A stretch of 64,000 bases of DNA, taken from an uncultured Acidobacteriota bacterium (lineage in GTDB: Bacteria; Acidobacteriota; Thermoanaerobaculia; UBA5066; Gp7-AA6). The first letter of the stretch is position 1; the number at the start of each line of letters is the position of its first letter. Location: contig CAVXTP010000010.1 of assembly GCA_963764715.1 (NCBI GenBank), positions 192,001 through 256,000 on the forward strand, read 5' to 3'. This document shows positions 20,981 through 32,000 of this stretch, in pieces. The notes under the pieces are model-generated. The model did no database searches and was not told the DNA's origin. It was given only the letters and a program-made list of their open reading frames with translations. The position numbers and the translations under genes are program-made.

Positions 20981-22557
20981 GCTCGGCACCGGCCGCGCGG
21001 TCGGGCCCGGGTTCCCGGGCCACGTTCCAGGCGAGGAACCCGGCGACGGGGGACGCGCTCGAGGGCGAGTTCGTCGAAGCGACCGCCGGAGAGATCGACG
21101 CGGCCGCCCGGGCGGCGGAGCGCGCCTTCGACCCGTATTCCGCGCTCTCGGCGTTCCGGCGCGCGGAGTTCCTGCGGTCCGTCGCGCAGCAGACGCTGGC
21201 GCTCGGCGACCGGCTGCTCGCGCGCGCCGCGGCCGAGACGGGCCTTCCGTCCGCGCGCCTCGAGAGCGAGCGCGCCCGGACGGTCAGCCAGATCCTTCTC
21301 TTCGCCGAGCTGATCGAGGAGGGCTCCTGGGTCGGCGCGCGGATCGATCGCGCGCTTCCGGACCGCAAGCCCCAGCCGCGTCCGGATCTTCGCCGCATGC
21401 TGATCCCGTCGGGGCCGGTGGCCGTGTTCGGCGCGTCCAACTTTCCACTCGCCTTCTCGGTCGCCGGGGGCGACACGATCTCGGCCCTCGCGGCCGGGTG
21501 CCCGGTCGTCGTCAAAGCCCACCCGGCGCACCCCGGGACCTCCGACCTTTCGGCCTCCGCGATCCGCCTGGCGGCCCGCGAGATCGGAATGCCCGAGGGC
21601 GTGTTCTCGATGGTTCACGGACGCTCGCCCGAAGTCGGCATCACGCTGGTGACGCACCCCTCGATCCGCGCGGCGGCGTTCACGGGCTCGCACGTCGCGG
21701 GCCGGACGCTCTACGACGCCGCGGCGCTGCGGCCGGACCCGATCCCGGTCTTCGCCGAGATGGGGTCGTCCAACCCGGTGTTTCTGCTGCCGGGCGCGCT
21801 CCAGGAGCGCGGCGAGGCGATCGCCAGGGGATTCGCGGCCTCGGTCACGCTCGGGTCCGGTCAGTTCTGCACGAATCCCGGTCTGGCGGTGCTCGTCGAC
21901 GCGCCCGCCTCGAACGCGTTCCTCAAAGCCGCGGGCGACCTGCTCGCGGGCGCCGCGGCCGGCACGATGGTCCACGCGGGGATCAAGTCCTCGTACGACC
22001 AGAGCGTCGCCGAGGCCGCCCGGACCCAGGGCGTGGCGATCGCGGCGCGCTCGCAGGCCGCGGGCGCCCACCCGGAGACGGAGGCCCGCGCCGCCCTGCT
22101 CCTGACGGACGCCCGGACGTTCCTCGCGAACCCTCGGCTGTCGTCCGAGATCTACGGGCCGGCCACGATCGCGGTGCGCTGCGCCTCGCGGCCCGAGATG
22201 CTGCAGCTCGCGCGCGCCCTGCACGGCCACCTCACGGCGACCGTGCACGGCACGGACCGGGACCTCGAGGAGTTCCCGGAGCTCGTCGCCGTGCTTCGCC
22301 GGAAGGCCGGACGCCTCGTCTTCAACGGATTTCCGACGGGCGTCGAGGTCTCTCACGCGATGCACCACGGCGGCCCCTATCCGGCCTCGACGGACCCCCG
22401 CGAGACTTCCGTCGGCTCGGCGGCGATCCTCCGTTTCGCGCGGCCCGTCTGCTACCAGGACTTCCCGCCGTCGGCGCTCCCCGAGGAGCTCCGCAACGAG
22501 AACCCGCGCGGCATCTGGCGGATGATCGACGGCGACCTGACGAAAGACCCGGTGTGA
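20977..22557 (+). CDS. NADP+-dependent aldehyde dehydrogenase (alpha-ketoglutaric semialdehyde dehydrogenase type)
   Basis: FGASNFPLAFSVAGGD, FTGS, EMGS, GQFCTNPG, EIYGP motifs; hydroxyproline operon context. Confidence 0.88.
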   Translation: MSSAPAARSGPGSRATFQARNPATGDALEGEFVEATAGEIDAAARAAERAFDPYSALSAFRRAEFLRSVAQQTLALGDRLLARAAAETGLPSARLESERARTVSQILLFAELIEEGSWVGARIDRALPDRKPQPRPDLRRMLIPSGPVAVFGASNFPLAFSVAGGDTISALAAGCPVVVKAHPAHPGTSDLSASAIRLAAREIGMPEGVFSMVHGRSPEVGITLVTHPSIRAAAFTGSHVAGRTLYDAAALRPDPIPVFAEMGSSNPVFLLPGALQERGEAIARGFAASVTLGSGQFCTNPGLAVLVDAPASNAFLKAAGDLLAGAAAGTMVHAGIKSSYDQSVAEAARTQGVAIAARSQAAGAHPETEARAALLLTDARTFLANPRLSSEIYGPATIAVRCASRPEMLQLARALHGHLTATVHGTDRDLEEFPELVAVLRRKAGRLVFNGFPTGVEVSHAMHHGGPYPASTDPRETSVGSAAILRFARPVCYQDFPPSALPEELRNENPRGIWRMIDGDLTKDPV

Positions 22558-23522
22558 CGCGGTTCCCGGAGTCGATGGAGGTCGTCGACTCGCACACCGA
22601 AGGGGAGCCGACTCGCGTCGTCGTCGCGGGATGGCCGGCGCTCGAGTCGGCGACGATGGAGGGGCGCCGCGAGGAGCTCGCGACGCGCTTCGAGCCGCTC
22701 TGGCGCGGCGTCGTCCTCGAGCCGCGGGGCCACGACGCGATCGTCGGCGCGCTGCTGACGCCGCCGGTCTCCCACGGCGCGGTCGCGGGGGTCGTCTTCT
22801 TCGACAACGTCGGCCCGCTCTGGATGTGCGGCCACGGCACGATCGGCGTCGTCCGGACCCTCGAGCACCTCGGGCGCATCGCGCCGGGCCGGGTGCGTCT
22901 GGACACGCCGGTCGGCCCGGTCGCGGCGGAGCTCTCGGTCGACGGCCTCGTCACGATCGAGAACGTCCCGGCCCGCTGCCTCGCGCAGGACGTGGCCGTG
23001 GAGGTCCCCGGCCTCGGGCGAGTCGTCGGCGACGTGGCCTACGGTGGCAACTGGTTCTTCCTCGTCGACGACGGGCTCGAGCGGGTCGGGGGCGACGACC
23101 TCGACCGCCTGCGGACGTCGACGCTTGCGATTCAGCGGGCCCTCGCGGCCCGGGGGATCACGGGGGAGGGCGGGGCCGTCGTCGACCATGTCATTCTCTA
23201 TGGGCCACCCGCCCGGTCCGACGCGGACAGCCGCAACTACGTGATGTGTCCGGGCGGCGCCTACGACCGGTCGCCCTGCGGCACCGGAACCTCGGCGCGG
23301 ATGGCCTCGCTCCACGCCCGCGGGAAGCTTCCGGCCGGGCAGCGCTACCGGCAGGAATCGATCACGGGGAGCCTCTTCACCGGCTGGCTCGAGGAGAGCG
23401 GCGGAAAGCTCCTGCCCCGCATCCAGGGGCGGGCCTTCGTGACCGGGAAGACGACGCTGTACTTCGATCCGCGCGACCCCTTCCGCAACGGTCTCGCCCC
23501 GGGAGGAGATGCCCGCCCCTGA
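22554..23522 (+). CDS. Proline racemase family, 4-hydroxyproline 2-epimerase
   Basis: DSHTEGEPTR, EPRGH, and catalytic MCGH and DRSPCGTG (Cys/Cys pair). Confidence 0.88.
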   Translation: MTRFPESMEVVDSHTEGEPTRVVVAGWPALESATMEGRREELATRFEPLWRGVVLEPRGHDAIVGALLTPPVSHGAVAGVVFFDNVGPLWMCGHGTIGVVRTLEHLGRIAPGRVRLDTPVGPVAAELSVDGLVTIENVPARCLAQDVAVEVPGLGRVVGDVAYGGNWFFLVDDGLERVGGDDLDRLRTSTLAIQRALAARGITGEGGAVVDHVILYGPPARSDADSRNYVMCPGGAYDRSPCGTGTSARMASLHARGKLPAGQRYRQESITGSLFTGWLEESGGKLLPRIQGRAFVTGKTTLYFDPRDPFRNGLAPGGDARP

Positions 23523-24633
23523 CGCCGTCGTCGTGGGCGCGGGCATCGTCGGAGCGGCGTGCGCCGACGCGCTCGCCGCGGCCGGCCTCTCGGTCGAGGT
23601 CCTCGAGGCGCGTTTCGCCGGCGGCGGCGCGACGGCCGCGGCCATGGGGCACATCGTCGTCATGGACGACTCGCCCGCGCAGTTCGCCCTGACCGAGCGC
23701 TCCCGCCTTCTCTGGACCGAGCTCGCGCCGGAGCTGCCCGCCGACTGCGAGGACGAGCCGTGCGGAACCCTGTGGGTCGCGGCGGACGAGGAGGAGCGCG
23801 AGCACGTCCGCCGGAAGGCCGCGCTCTACCGGGAGCGGGGCGTCGAGGTGGAGGAGCTGTCGGGCGAGGAGCTCGCGCGCCTCGAGCCGAACCTCCGGCC
23901 AGGCCTCGCGGGCGCGCTCCGCGTCCCCGGCGATCGCGTGCTCTACCCGGTCAACGCGGCGCGGTGGCTCCTCGGGCGGGCGCAACGGCAGGGCGCCGTG
24001 CGGCGGGAAGGCATCGAAGCCGTCGCGGTGTTCGGGCGGCGCGTCGAGACGCATCAGGGGACCATCGACGCCGGCGTGGTCGTCAACGCCGCCGGGACCG
24101 CCGCGCCGCTCCTGACGCCGGGCCTTCCGGTCGCGCCGCGCAAAGGCCACCTCGTCATCACCGACCGGTACCCGGGGTTCTGCCGGCACCAGCTCGTGGA
24201 GCTCGGGTATCTCAAGAGCGCCCACACCCCGGCGCCCGAGTCGGTGGCCTTCAATCTCCAGCCGCGAGCGACCGGCCAGATGCTGCTGGGCTCCTCGCGC
24301 GAGTTCGTCGGGCTCGACGCCTCGATCAACCGGCGGATCCGCGCCCGGATGATCCGTCGCGCGCTGGAGTTCGTCCCGGCGCTCTCCGCGCTGTCGTCGA
24401 TCCGGACGTGGGTGGGCTTCCGGCCGGCGACACCGGACAATCTTCCGCTCATCGGCCGCCACCCCGGGACCCCCGGCCTCGTCATTGCCGCGGGCCACGA
24501 GGGGCTCGGCATCACGACGGCGCTGGCGACGGCGGAGCTCGTCGCCGACGCCATCCTCGGGCGGCCGAGCGCGATCGATCCGGCGCCCTACTCGCCGGGC
24601 CGGTCCTTCCCGGAGGCTTCCGCGCATGACTGA
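23509..24633 (+). CDS. FAD-dependent D-amino-acid oxidase family, D-hydroxyproline dehydrogenase catalytic subunit
   Basis: VVVGAGIVG, ATAAAMGH, GFRPATPD, GHEGLGIT motifs; operon context. Confidence 0.82.
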   Translation: MPAPDAVVVGAGIVGAACADALAAAGLSVEVLEARFAGGGATAAAMGHIVVMDDSPAQFALTERSRLLWTELAPELPADCEDEPCGTLWVAADEEEREHVRRKAALYRERGVEVEELSGEELARLEPNLRPGLAGALRVPGDRVLYPVNAARWLLGRAQRQGAVRREGIEAVAVFGRRVETHQGTIDAGVVVNAAGTAAPLLTPGLPVAPRKGHLVITDRYPGFCRHQLVELGYLKSAHTPAPESVAFNLQPRATGQMLLGSSREFVGLDASINRRIRARMIRRALEFVPALSALSSIRTWVGFRPATPDNLPLIGRHPGTPGLVIAAGHEGLGITTALATAELVADAILGRPSAIDPAPYSPGRSFPEASAHD

Positions 24634-26128
24634 CGCGCCGTCCAACGGGCTCACCGTCGCGTCCCTTCGGGAGAACGAGGGACGCCCCGTGCTTCGCCGC
24701 TCGGTCACGGGCGAGCCGCGGGGCGTGCTCTGCGCGATGGGGATCTGCTTCGAGTGCCGCGTGACGCTCGGCGGCGCCGCGCACCGGCGGGCCTGCATGG
24801 AGATGGACGGCGGGCCGGAGCGCGCCGCGGCTCCCGTCTTGCGCACGGAGGAAGTCGCGTGCGACGTCGCCGTCGTCGGCGCGGGGCCCGCGGGGATCGC
24901 GGCGGCCTGTCGCGCGGCCGAGGCCGGCGCGCGGACGCTGCTGCTCGACGAGAACCCGGCGCCCGGAGGCCAGATCCACCGTCACCTCCCGGGAGCGGCC
25001 GCGCCCGAGGCGGCGCGACCGTGGCTCGCGCGGCTCGCGGCCTCGGGGGCCGACCGGCGAAGCGGCGCCACGGCCTTCGACGCGACCGGCTCCGAATCCG
25101 CATTCCGCGTGCTCGCCGAAGTCGGGAACGGCTCGGTCCTCGCGGTGCGCGCGCGTGCGCTGGTCCTCGCGACCGGCGCGCGGGAGCTCTTCCTCCCGTT
25201 TCCGGGCTGGACGCTGCCGGGCGTCATGGGCGCCGGGGGAGCGCAGGCGATGAAGAAGATGGGCGCCGACTTTCGCGGGCGCCGGGCCGTCGTGGCCGGT
25301 TCCGGGCCGCTGCTCTTCCCGGTCGCGGCCTCGCTCGCGGCGGCGGGCGCCGAGGTCGCGCTCGTCGCCGAGCAGGCCGGGGCCGCGGCGCTCCTCCGGT
25401 TCGGCGCGGCGCTCGCGGCCCACCCGCGGAAGATCGCGGAGGCCGGCCGCCATCGCGCGGGCTTCTTTCCCGCCCCGTACCGCTCCGGAACCTGGGTCGC
25501 CGGGGCGGAGGGAAACGAGCGCCTCGAGCGGGTCGTCGTGACCGACGGCCGGGACCGGTTCCGGATCGACTGCGACCTCGCGGCCGTCGGCTACGGCCTC
25601 GTGCCCAACGTCGAGCTCGCGCGGCTCCTCGGCTGCGCGGTCCGCCGCGGCGCGGTCATCGTCGACGCGGCGCAGGCCACGAGCCTCGAGGGCGTTTTCG
25701 CGGCGGGCGAGCCGTGCGGCGTGGCCGGCCTCGAGGTCGCTCTGGCCGAGGGGCAGATCGCGGGCCTCGCGGCGGCGAGCGCGTCCGGATCCGCCGCCGA
25801 ACGGCGCCGGCTCTCCGCCGACCGCGCCCGCGGCCGCCGTCTCGCCTCCGTCATGGAACGCGTCTTCCGCCCCCGCGCGGAGCTCGCCTCCGCCGTCCGC
25901 GCGGACACGATCGTCTGCCGCTGCGAGGACGTGCGGCTGGCTTCGCTCGCCGCCTGCGGGAGCGCGCGGGAGGCCAAGCTCGCGACGCGCGCCGGGATGG
26001 GCCCCTGCCAGGGCCGCGTCTGTGCGCCGGCGATCGAGTTCCTCTTCGGCTGGGATTCGGATACGGTACGCCCGCCCGTCAAGCCGGCCGCGCTCGGGAG
26101 TCTCGCGGCGATGGAGGAGCCCGGATGA
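24626..26128 (+). CDS. [2Fe-2S] plus FAD/NAD(P)-binding oxidoreductase (fused accessory subunits of D-hydroxyproline dehydrogenase)
   Basis: N-terminal CAMGICFEC..RAC, then VVGAGPAG and ATGARE, and C-terminal CRCEDV..GMGPCQGRVC. Confidence 0.8.
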   Translation: MTDAPSNGLTVASLRENEGRPVLRRSVTGEPRGVLCAMGICFECRVTLGGAAHRRACMEMDGGPERAAAPVLRTEEVACDVAVVGAGPAGIAAACRAAEAGARTLLLDENPAPGGQIHRHLPGAAAPEAARPWLARLAASGADRRSGATAFDATGSESAFRVLAEVGNGSVLAVRARALVLATGARELFLPFPGWTLPGVMGAGGAQAMKKMGADFRGRRAVVAGSGPLLFPVAASLAAAGAEVALVAEQAGAAALLRFGAALAAHPRKIAEAGRHRAGFFPAPYRSGTWVAGAEGNERLERVVVTDGRDRFRIDCDLAAVGYGLVPNVELARLLGCAVRRGAVIVDAAQATSLEGVFAAGEPCGVAGLEVALAEGQIAGLAAASASGSAAERRRLSADRARGRRLASVMERVFRPRAELASAVRADTIVCRCEDVRLASLAACGSAREAKLATRAGMGPCQGRVCAPAIEFLFGWDSDTVRPPVKPAALGSLAAMEEPG

Positions 26129-27018
26129 AATGGCAGGGAGTTTTTCCGGCGGTCACCACGCCCTTCCGCGAGGACCTCTCGCTCGACCTCGACGCCCTGG
26201 CGGTCCGGCTCGAAGCGATGCTCGCGGCCGGCTGCCTCGGGTTCGTGCCGCTCGGCTCGCTCGGCGAGTCGGCGACCCTCACCTTCGCCGAGAAGGGCGC
26301 CGTGCTCGAGGCTTGCCGCCGCGTCCTCGGCAAGCGGGCGCCGCTCGTCGCGGGGATCGCGGCTCTCTCGACCGCCGAGGCCGTGGCGACGGCGCGCCTG
26401 GCCGAGGAGAAGGGCTGCGACGGCCTGATGGTCCTTCCGCCGTACGTCTATCGGACCGACGCGCGGGAGACCGCGGCCCACTTTTCCACCGTCATCGGCG
26501 CGACGCGGCTTCCCTGCATGCTCTACAACAACCCCATCGCCTACGGGACGGACGTCTCGCCCGAGGAGCTCCGGGAGCTCGCCCGGTCGCACGCGAACCT
26601 CGAGGCCGTCAAGGAGTCGAGCGCCGACGTCCGCCGCGTGACCGCCATCCGGGGCCTCCTCGGCGATCGCCTCGCGATCTTCGTGGGCGTCGACGACCTC
26701 ATCCTCGAGGGGATCGCCGCCGGGGCGGTGGGCTGGGTGGCCGGCCTCGTCAACGCGCTGCCCCACGAGTCGGTGCGGCTCTTCGACCTCGGCGCCGCGG
26801 GACGGACCCGCGAGGCGCGGGAGCTCTACGACTGGTTCCTGCCGCTCCTGCGGATGGACGTCGTGCCGAAGTTCGTGCAGCTCATCAAGCTCGTGCAGCA
26901 GGAGACCGGGACGGGCTCGGAGCGCGTGCGGCCGCCGCGGCTGACGCTCGCGGGGAAGGAAAGGGACGAGGCGCTCGCCGTGATCCGGGAGCGCCTCGCC
27001 GCGAAACCGAAGGTCTAG
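26125..27018 (+). CDS. DapA-like protein, 1-pyrroline-4-hydroxy-2-carboxylate deaminase
   Basis: GVFPAVTTPF, GSLGE, LYNNP, KESS motifs; last gene of the hydroxyproline operon. Confidence 0.82.
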   Translation: MKWQGVFPAVTTPFREDLSLDLDALAVRLEAMLAAGCLGFVPLGSLGESATLTFAEKGAVLEACRRVLGKRAPLVAGIAALSTAEAVATARLAEEKGCDGLMVLPPYVYRTDARETAAHFSTVIGATRLPCMLYNNPIAYGTDVSPEELRELARSHANLEAVKESSADVRRVTAIRGLLGDRLAIFVGVDDLILEGIAAGAVGWVAGLVNALPHESVRLFDLGAAGRTREARELYDWFLPLLRMDVVPKFVQLIKLVQQETGTGSERVRPPRLTLAGKERDEALAVIRERLAAKPKV

Positions 27019-27022
27019 GCCC

Positions 27023-27544
27023 CTACTTGCCGACCTGGAGCGCCGGCATGTTGTCGAGGATCGACAGGCGCATGATCGTCGTCAGGTAGTCGTCGATGTG
27101 GGCGAACCGGCCCGCGGCCTTCGCCCCGAGCTTGCCGTTCAGGATGCCGAAGTACTTCATCCGGAGGTCGAGGGTCGCCTTCTGGAGCTCCGCCGACTCG
27201 TTGACCATCTTCACGATGTCGGCATCGGAGAGCGTCGCGAAGTTGTCCGTGTAGTTCTTCAGGAGATTGATTCGGCTCGACATGACGGAATCGCGCTCCT
27301 TCTCGAAGTCCGCGTAGACGGCCCAGAACGTCTCCTGCTGCTGCGCGGTGAGGCCGCCCATGCCGGCGGCGAAGAGCTCGCGGCGCTTGGTCGAGAGGGC
27401 GTTCTGCAGCTTCGCCATGTCGACGTCGGACTTCGAGAGCTCCGGCATCTGGGCCTTCTGGGCCGAGCCGGCGGCCGGCTGCTGCGCGGCGGCGGTTGCG
27501 GCGATTCCGAGTGACAGGAACAGGGCGAGGGACTTCTTCATCAC
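27023..27544 (-). CDS. Secreted all-helical hypothetical protein
   Basis: AAGGAG RBS, signal peptide, LTAQQQETFWAVY (Spy/CpxP-like feel). Confidence 0.7.
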   Translation of the reverse strand: MMKKSLALFLSLGIAATAAAQQPAAGSAQKAQMPELSKSDVDMAKLQNALSTKRRELFAAGMGGLTAQQQETFWAVYADFEKERDSVMSSRINLLKNYTDNFATLSDADIVKMVNESAELQKATLDLRMKYFGILNGKLGAKAAGRFAHIDDYLTTIMRLSILDNMPALQVGK

Positions 27545-27632
27545 GCGTCTCCTTCTCAGGTGATTTGGGACCGGCGCGCGACGGGCGGCCGGCGGTTTGC
27601 GGCCGCGAAATCTATCACGGGCGCCGTCCCCG

Positions 27633-28103
27633 TCAAACGTGGCAGGAGCCCCCGCCGCGCTTTTCGAAATACCGCTGGTGGTACTCCTCGGCCCGCCAGA
27701 AGCGGGGGGCCGGGGTGATCTCCGTGACGATGGGCCGGGAGAAGCGCCCGCTCTTCTCGAGCCGCGCCTTCGAGGCCTGCGCCGCGGCCTGCTGTTCGGG
27801 CGTGTGGAAGAAGATCGCCGACCGGTACTGCGTGCCCACGTCGGGGCCCTGCCGGTTCAACTGCGTGGGGTTGTGGCCGTTCCAGAAGACGTCGAGGAGC
27901 GTCTCGTAGCCGACCTTCGCGGGGTCGTACTCGACCTCGACGACCTCGGCGTGGCCGGTGGCGTCGCCGCACACGTCCTCGTAGGTCGGGTTCTCGGTCC
28001 GCCCGCCGGCGTACCCGACCGCCGTCGCGAGCACGCCCGGGACCTTGCGAAACTCCTCCTCGACTCCCCAGAAGCATCCTGCGCCGAACATCGCCCTGGC
28101 CAT
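27633..28103 (-). CDS. msrA: Peptide methionine sulfoxide reductase A
   Basis: GAGCFWG, GHAEVV, QYRS, AEEYHQ motifs. Confidence 0.95.
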   Translation of the reverse strand: MARAMFGAGCFWGVEEEFRKVPGVLATAVGYAGGRTENPTYEDVCGDATGHAEVVEVEYDPAKVGYETLLDVFWNGHNPTQLNRQGPDVGTQYRSAIFFHTPEQQAAAQASKARLEKSGRFSRPIVTEITPAPRFWRAEEYHQRYFEKRGGGSCHV

Positions 28104-28175
28104 GTCTCCTCCGATCGAGGGGGATTAGAACACCGGCGAACCCGGCGGTGTTCCCGGCGCGTATATTCGGCTGCC

Positions 28176-29039
28176 ATGACCAACACACGGTCCGTGCGGC
28201 GCGTCGTCCCGTCGATCGAGACCCTCGAGGGCGCCGGGTTCCTGGTCCACCGTCCCTTTCCCAACGCGGGCCTCGACCACGTCGATCCCTTCCTCCTGCT
28301 CGACGAGATGGGGCCGTCGGAGCTCGGCCCGGGCGAGGCGCAGGGCGCCCCGGACCACCCGCACCGCGGGTTCGAGACGGTGACCTACCTGCTCTCGGGC
28401 CGGATGGAGCACGAGGACTCGCGGGGCAACCGCGGTCTGCTCACGCCGGGCGACGTGCAGTGGATGACGGCGGGCGCGGGCGTCGTGCACTCGGAGATGC
28501 CGGAGGCGGAGTTCGCCGCCCGGGGCGGGCGCATGCACGGCTTCCAGCTCTGGGTCAATCTCCCGCGCCGCGACAAGATGATGGCCCCCCGTTACCAGGA
28601 GATCCCGGCGGCGCGCATTCCCGTCGGGAAGTCGGCCGACGGTTCGGTCACGGCGCGCGTCATCGCCGGCGAGGCCCTCGGCGCGACCGCGGTCATCGAC
28701 ACGCGGACTCCGATCGTCTACCTCGACCTCCAGCTCTCGGCGGGGGCCTCGCACGTCCAGCCGATTCCGGAGGACTTCAACGCCTTCGCCTACGTCGTCG
28801 AGGGGAAGGGCCTCTTCGGACCGGACCGCACCGCCGCTTCGCCCCACGACCTCGTGATGTTCGGCCAGGACGGCGCCGACGCGCGTCTCGCTGCCTCGCC
28901 GGAGGCGCCCCTGCGCGCGCTCCTGATCGCGGGCCGCCCGATCGGCGAGCCCGTCGCCCGGATGGGGCCCTTCGTGATGAACACCCGCGCCGAGCTCGTC
29001 CAGGCCTTCGAGGACTTCCAGAGCGGCCGGCTCGGCTGA
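28176..29039 (+). CDS. Pirin family protein
   Basis: DPFLLLD, HPHRGFETVTY, QWMTAGAGVVHSE, QLWVNLP, GPFVMNT. Confidence 0.93.
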   Translation: MTNTRSVRRVVPSIETLEGAGFLVHRPFPNAGLDHVDPFLLLDEMGPSELGPGEAQGAPDHPHRGFETVTYLLSGRMEHEDSRGNRGLLTPGDVQWMTAGAGVVHSEMPEAEFAARGGRMHGFQLWVNLPRRDKMMAPRYQEIPAARIPVGKSADGSVTARVIAGEALGATAVIDTRTPIVYLDLQLSAGASHVQPIPEDFNAFAYVVEGKGLFGPDRTAASPHDLVMFGQDGADARLAASPEAPLRALLIAGRPIGEPVARMGPFVMNTRAELVQAFEDFQSGRLG

Positions 29040-29045
29040 AAAGCG

Positions 29046-29071
29046 CGAGGCCCGGCGCGCGCCGGGCCTCG
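29046..29071. terminator. Perfect GC palindrome between convergent genes, probable terminator
   Basis: CGAGGCCCGGCGCGCGCCGGGCCTCG is self-complementary; a short T run follows on the minus strand. Confidence 0.5.
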
Positions 29072-29099
29072 GAGAAGTCGGTGTCTCGCGGAGCGGAGT

Positions 29100-32000
29100 C
29101 TAGAGCCCGTAGAGCTGCAGCCCGAAGGTCTTCACCAGGAAGACCGCCATCTGCTGCCGCAGCACGGAGTTCGTCGGGCAGTACAGGCCGCCGCCGCAGC
29201 CGGCGGTGACTCCCCGCGCCACGAGCTCGTTGATCCACGGCGCGAAACCGCTGGAGCACGGCACGTCGTCGAACTGCTGGACCGAGCAGGACGGCGGCGT
29301 GTAGCCCGAGCCCTCCTTGGTCTTCAGCAGGAAGACGGCCATCTGCTCGCGGGTCGTCGGGTTGGTCGGGCAGTAGTTTCCGCCGCCGCAGCCGGCGGTG
29401 ACTCCGCGCGCCACGAGCTCGTTGACCCAGGGCGCGAAGGAGCTCGAGCAGGGCACGTCGGGGAAGGCCGGCGTGACGCACGCGGGCGGGACGTAGTCGC
29501 CGCCGTCCTTGGCCTTGAGCAGGAAGACCGCCATCTGCTGGCGGGTGACCGTGTCGCCAGGGCAGTAGTTGCCGCCGCCGCAGCCGGCGGTCACGCCGTT
29601 GTGGAGGACGTTTTCGACCGCGGGATAGAACGGGCTGCCGGAGGTGACGTCGGGGAAGCTGCCGCCGACGTGGAGGATCCACGTCTTGGGGCCGGTGCCT
29701 CCGGAAACGGACTCGGATGCCGAGGCGTCCCAGTGCGCGGCCGGCCGCGCGCCCGCCGTGATCGACACGGAGTAGCAGTCGGTGCAGAACGCCGAACCGG
29801 CGCCGGGGATCGACCCGTAGTCGGCCGAGGGATCTTCGATCGTGTAGACCGGTCCCGCCGGGCCCGTGAAGTTCGAGAGCGACCCCGTGACCGCCGCCGC
29901 CGAGACGTCCTGGTTCTTCCAGGACGGTTCGACCGCCGCCGACTCTCCCGCCTCGAGGACGCCGTTGCCGGCCGCGTCCACGTGGAGCGCCTCCGGAGCG
30001 ACGTTGCCCGGCGGCACGCAGACGTCCGACTGCGCGTCGGGGACCTGGATCTCGACGTTGGCGAGCGTGAACTCGTCGAAATCGAGGCCCGCGAGGGAGA
30101 TGGCCTCGTCCGTTCCGTAGGCCACCTCGAGGCGGACGACCTTGTTGTCGAAGCTTCCGCCCGGGGACAGTGCGCCCGTGCTCCACGTGCTCGCGACGAA
30201 GGCGGGGTTGCCGGGGTTCGTCCCGTTCCATCCGGGCTCGCCTCCGACGACGCAGAACCCGGTGGCCCCGAGGTTGGCCGTGTAGACCTGCCCGCCGCTC
30301 GGCGAGACGACCGTGCTGGCGCCGGTCGCGGGGTCGTAGACCGAGACGTTCGCCCGGTCGTAGGCCTGGTCGGAGGTCGGCTCGATCGCGTAGCGCTCCT
30401 GCATCGCCAGCGTCGAGACGTCGGCGCCGAGGCGGATCAGGGGGCTGCGGATCACGTCGCACGAGAAGAGCGCGCTCGAGGACGACGTGACGTGGGCAGC
30501 TGTTCCGCTCGCCCCGCCCCCGACGGTGGTGCGCGCGAACGTGCCGCTGACGACCTTCCAGCCCTCGAGGTCGGTCTCGAATCCGAAGGTGTGGCTCGCG
30601 GCGGCCTGGAAGTCGCTCTCGACGTTCTCGAACTGCAGCGTGACCGTACGAGTCTGTCCGAGGCCGTCGAGCTCGTCCGAGGCGAGGGTCACGCGGACCT
30701 CGCTCGTCTCGTCGAAGGCGAGGCCCTGGGCCTGGAGCTGGAACGAGGCTTGCGCGACGTCGCACTCGGCGAGGCTCGCCGTGACGTCGATCGGAAGGGA
30801 GGACACGATGATCGTCGAGGGGTGCGTCAGCGGCTCGATCGCCACGATGCGCACGTTGGTCTGGGTTCCCGTGCCGGTGTTCTTCACGTCGAACGTGGCG
30901 GTCGCGAGCTCGCAGTTGTCGAGGAAGGGATCGCCGTCGCCGCCCGACACCGCGGGGAGCACCGACGCGACGCCGAGGCCAGGCCCGCCCGCGGGCACGA
31001 CCGAAACGCACGCGCTCATCGGGCCGAAGCAGGCGTCGCTCGTGCCGAGCGCGGTGACGCTGTAGTCGTACGTGCGTCCGTTCTGCAGGCCTTCGTCGAC
31101 GAAGGCCAGGTCCGCCGTCTCCGCGAGCTTGACCTTGCCGAACTCGCAGCCTCCCACGCCCTCGGTTCGGTACACCGCGTAGGCCGAGGCGTTGGCCACG
31201 GCGGTCCAGCTCAACGCGGCGCTCTTGTCGCGGGACTCGACGGTCACGGCGGTCGCCGTGGTCGGGCCGCCGGCGCAGCCCGCGTTGGCCTGGGCGGGCG
31301 TGGCGCAGGCGATCTGGTGGCGGTTGAACGCCGCGAAGATGGCCGTCATGTGGGGCGTGCCGTCGGCGAGATTGCCGTTGTCGTCGTCGGCGGCGAGGAT
31401 GTTGAGATAGCCGCCCGTCGCGCCGCAGCCGCCGCCGGCGGCGCACGTGTACCAGCTCGTCACGACCTGGCTGCCGAGGTAGAAGAGCCGCGTCGCGACC
31501 TCGCGGGCCATCTCGGTCGAGTAGTTGAACGGGCCGGCCGTCAGGTCCCTGGTCGCGAGATCCCAGGCGACCTCGGCGACGATCATGCCCTCGCAATGGG
31601 TCTCGCGGTTGCACGGGCCGCGCGAGCCCAGGTTCGGGCAGGCCTGAGCGAAGGTGATCCCGTGGGGAACACCGCTCACGTGGTTGGCAAAGTCGATGTC
31701 CCGAATTCCGGAGCACGCCGTGCAGGCATCGCCATAGCCGGTACAGTCGCCCACGAGGAAGAAGCCCCGACCGATGCAGGAGGTGTTCAGTCGAAGGGCG
31801 GCGTAAATGTCGGCGATCGACTCACCGGGGGAGGTGATCGACGGATTGACGCCGTTGTTGTCCATGCCGTGTCCCCACTCGTGGTCGAAGACCGCGGCGA
31901 TCTCGCCCGTGTTGCCGCAGCCGCCGCCCGAGCGGAAGAAGTTGACGGTGGTCCCGTTCCAGAACGCATTGCAGGTGCTGACGATGTTCATGTTGGCGGT

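Noticed and set aside
29105-29660. Regularly spaced direct repeats resembling a CRISPR array
   Set aside because: The period is ~190 bp and in frame; they encode SLH repeats, and there are no cas genes.
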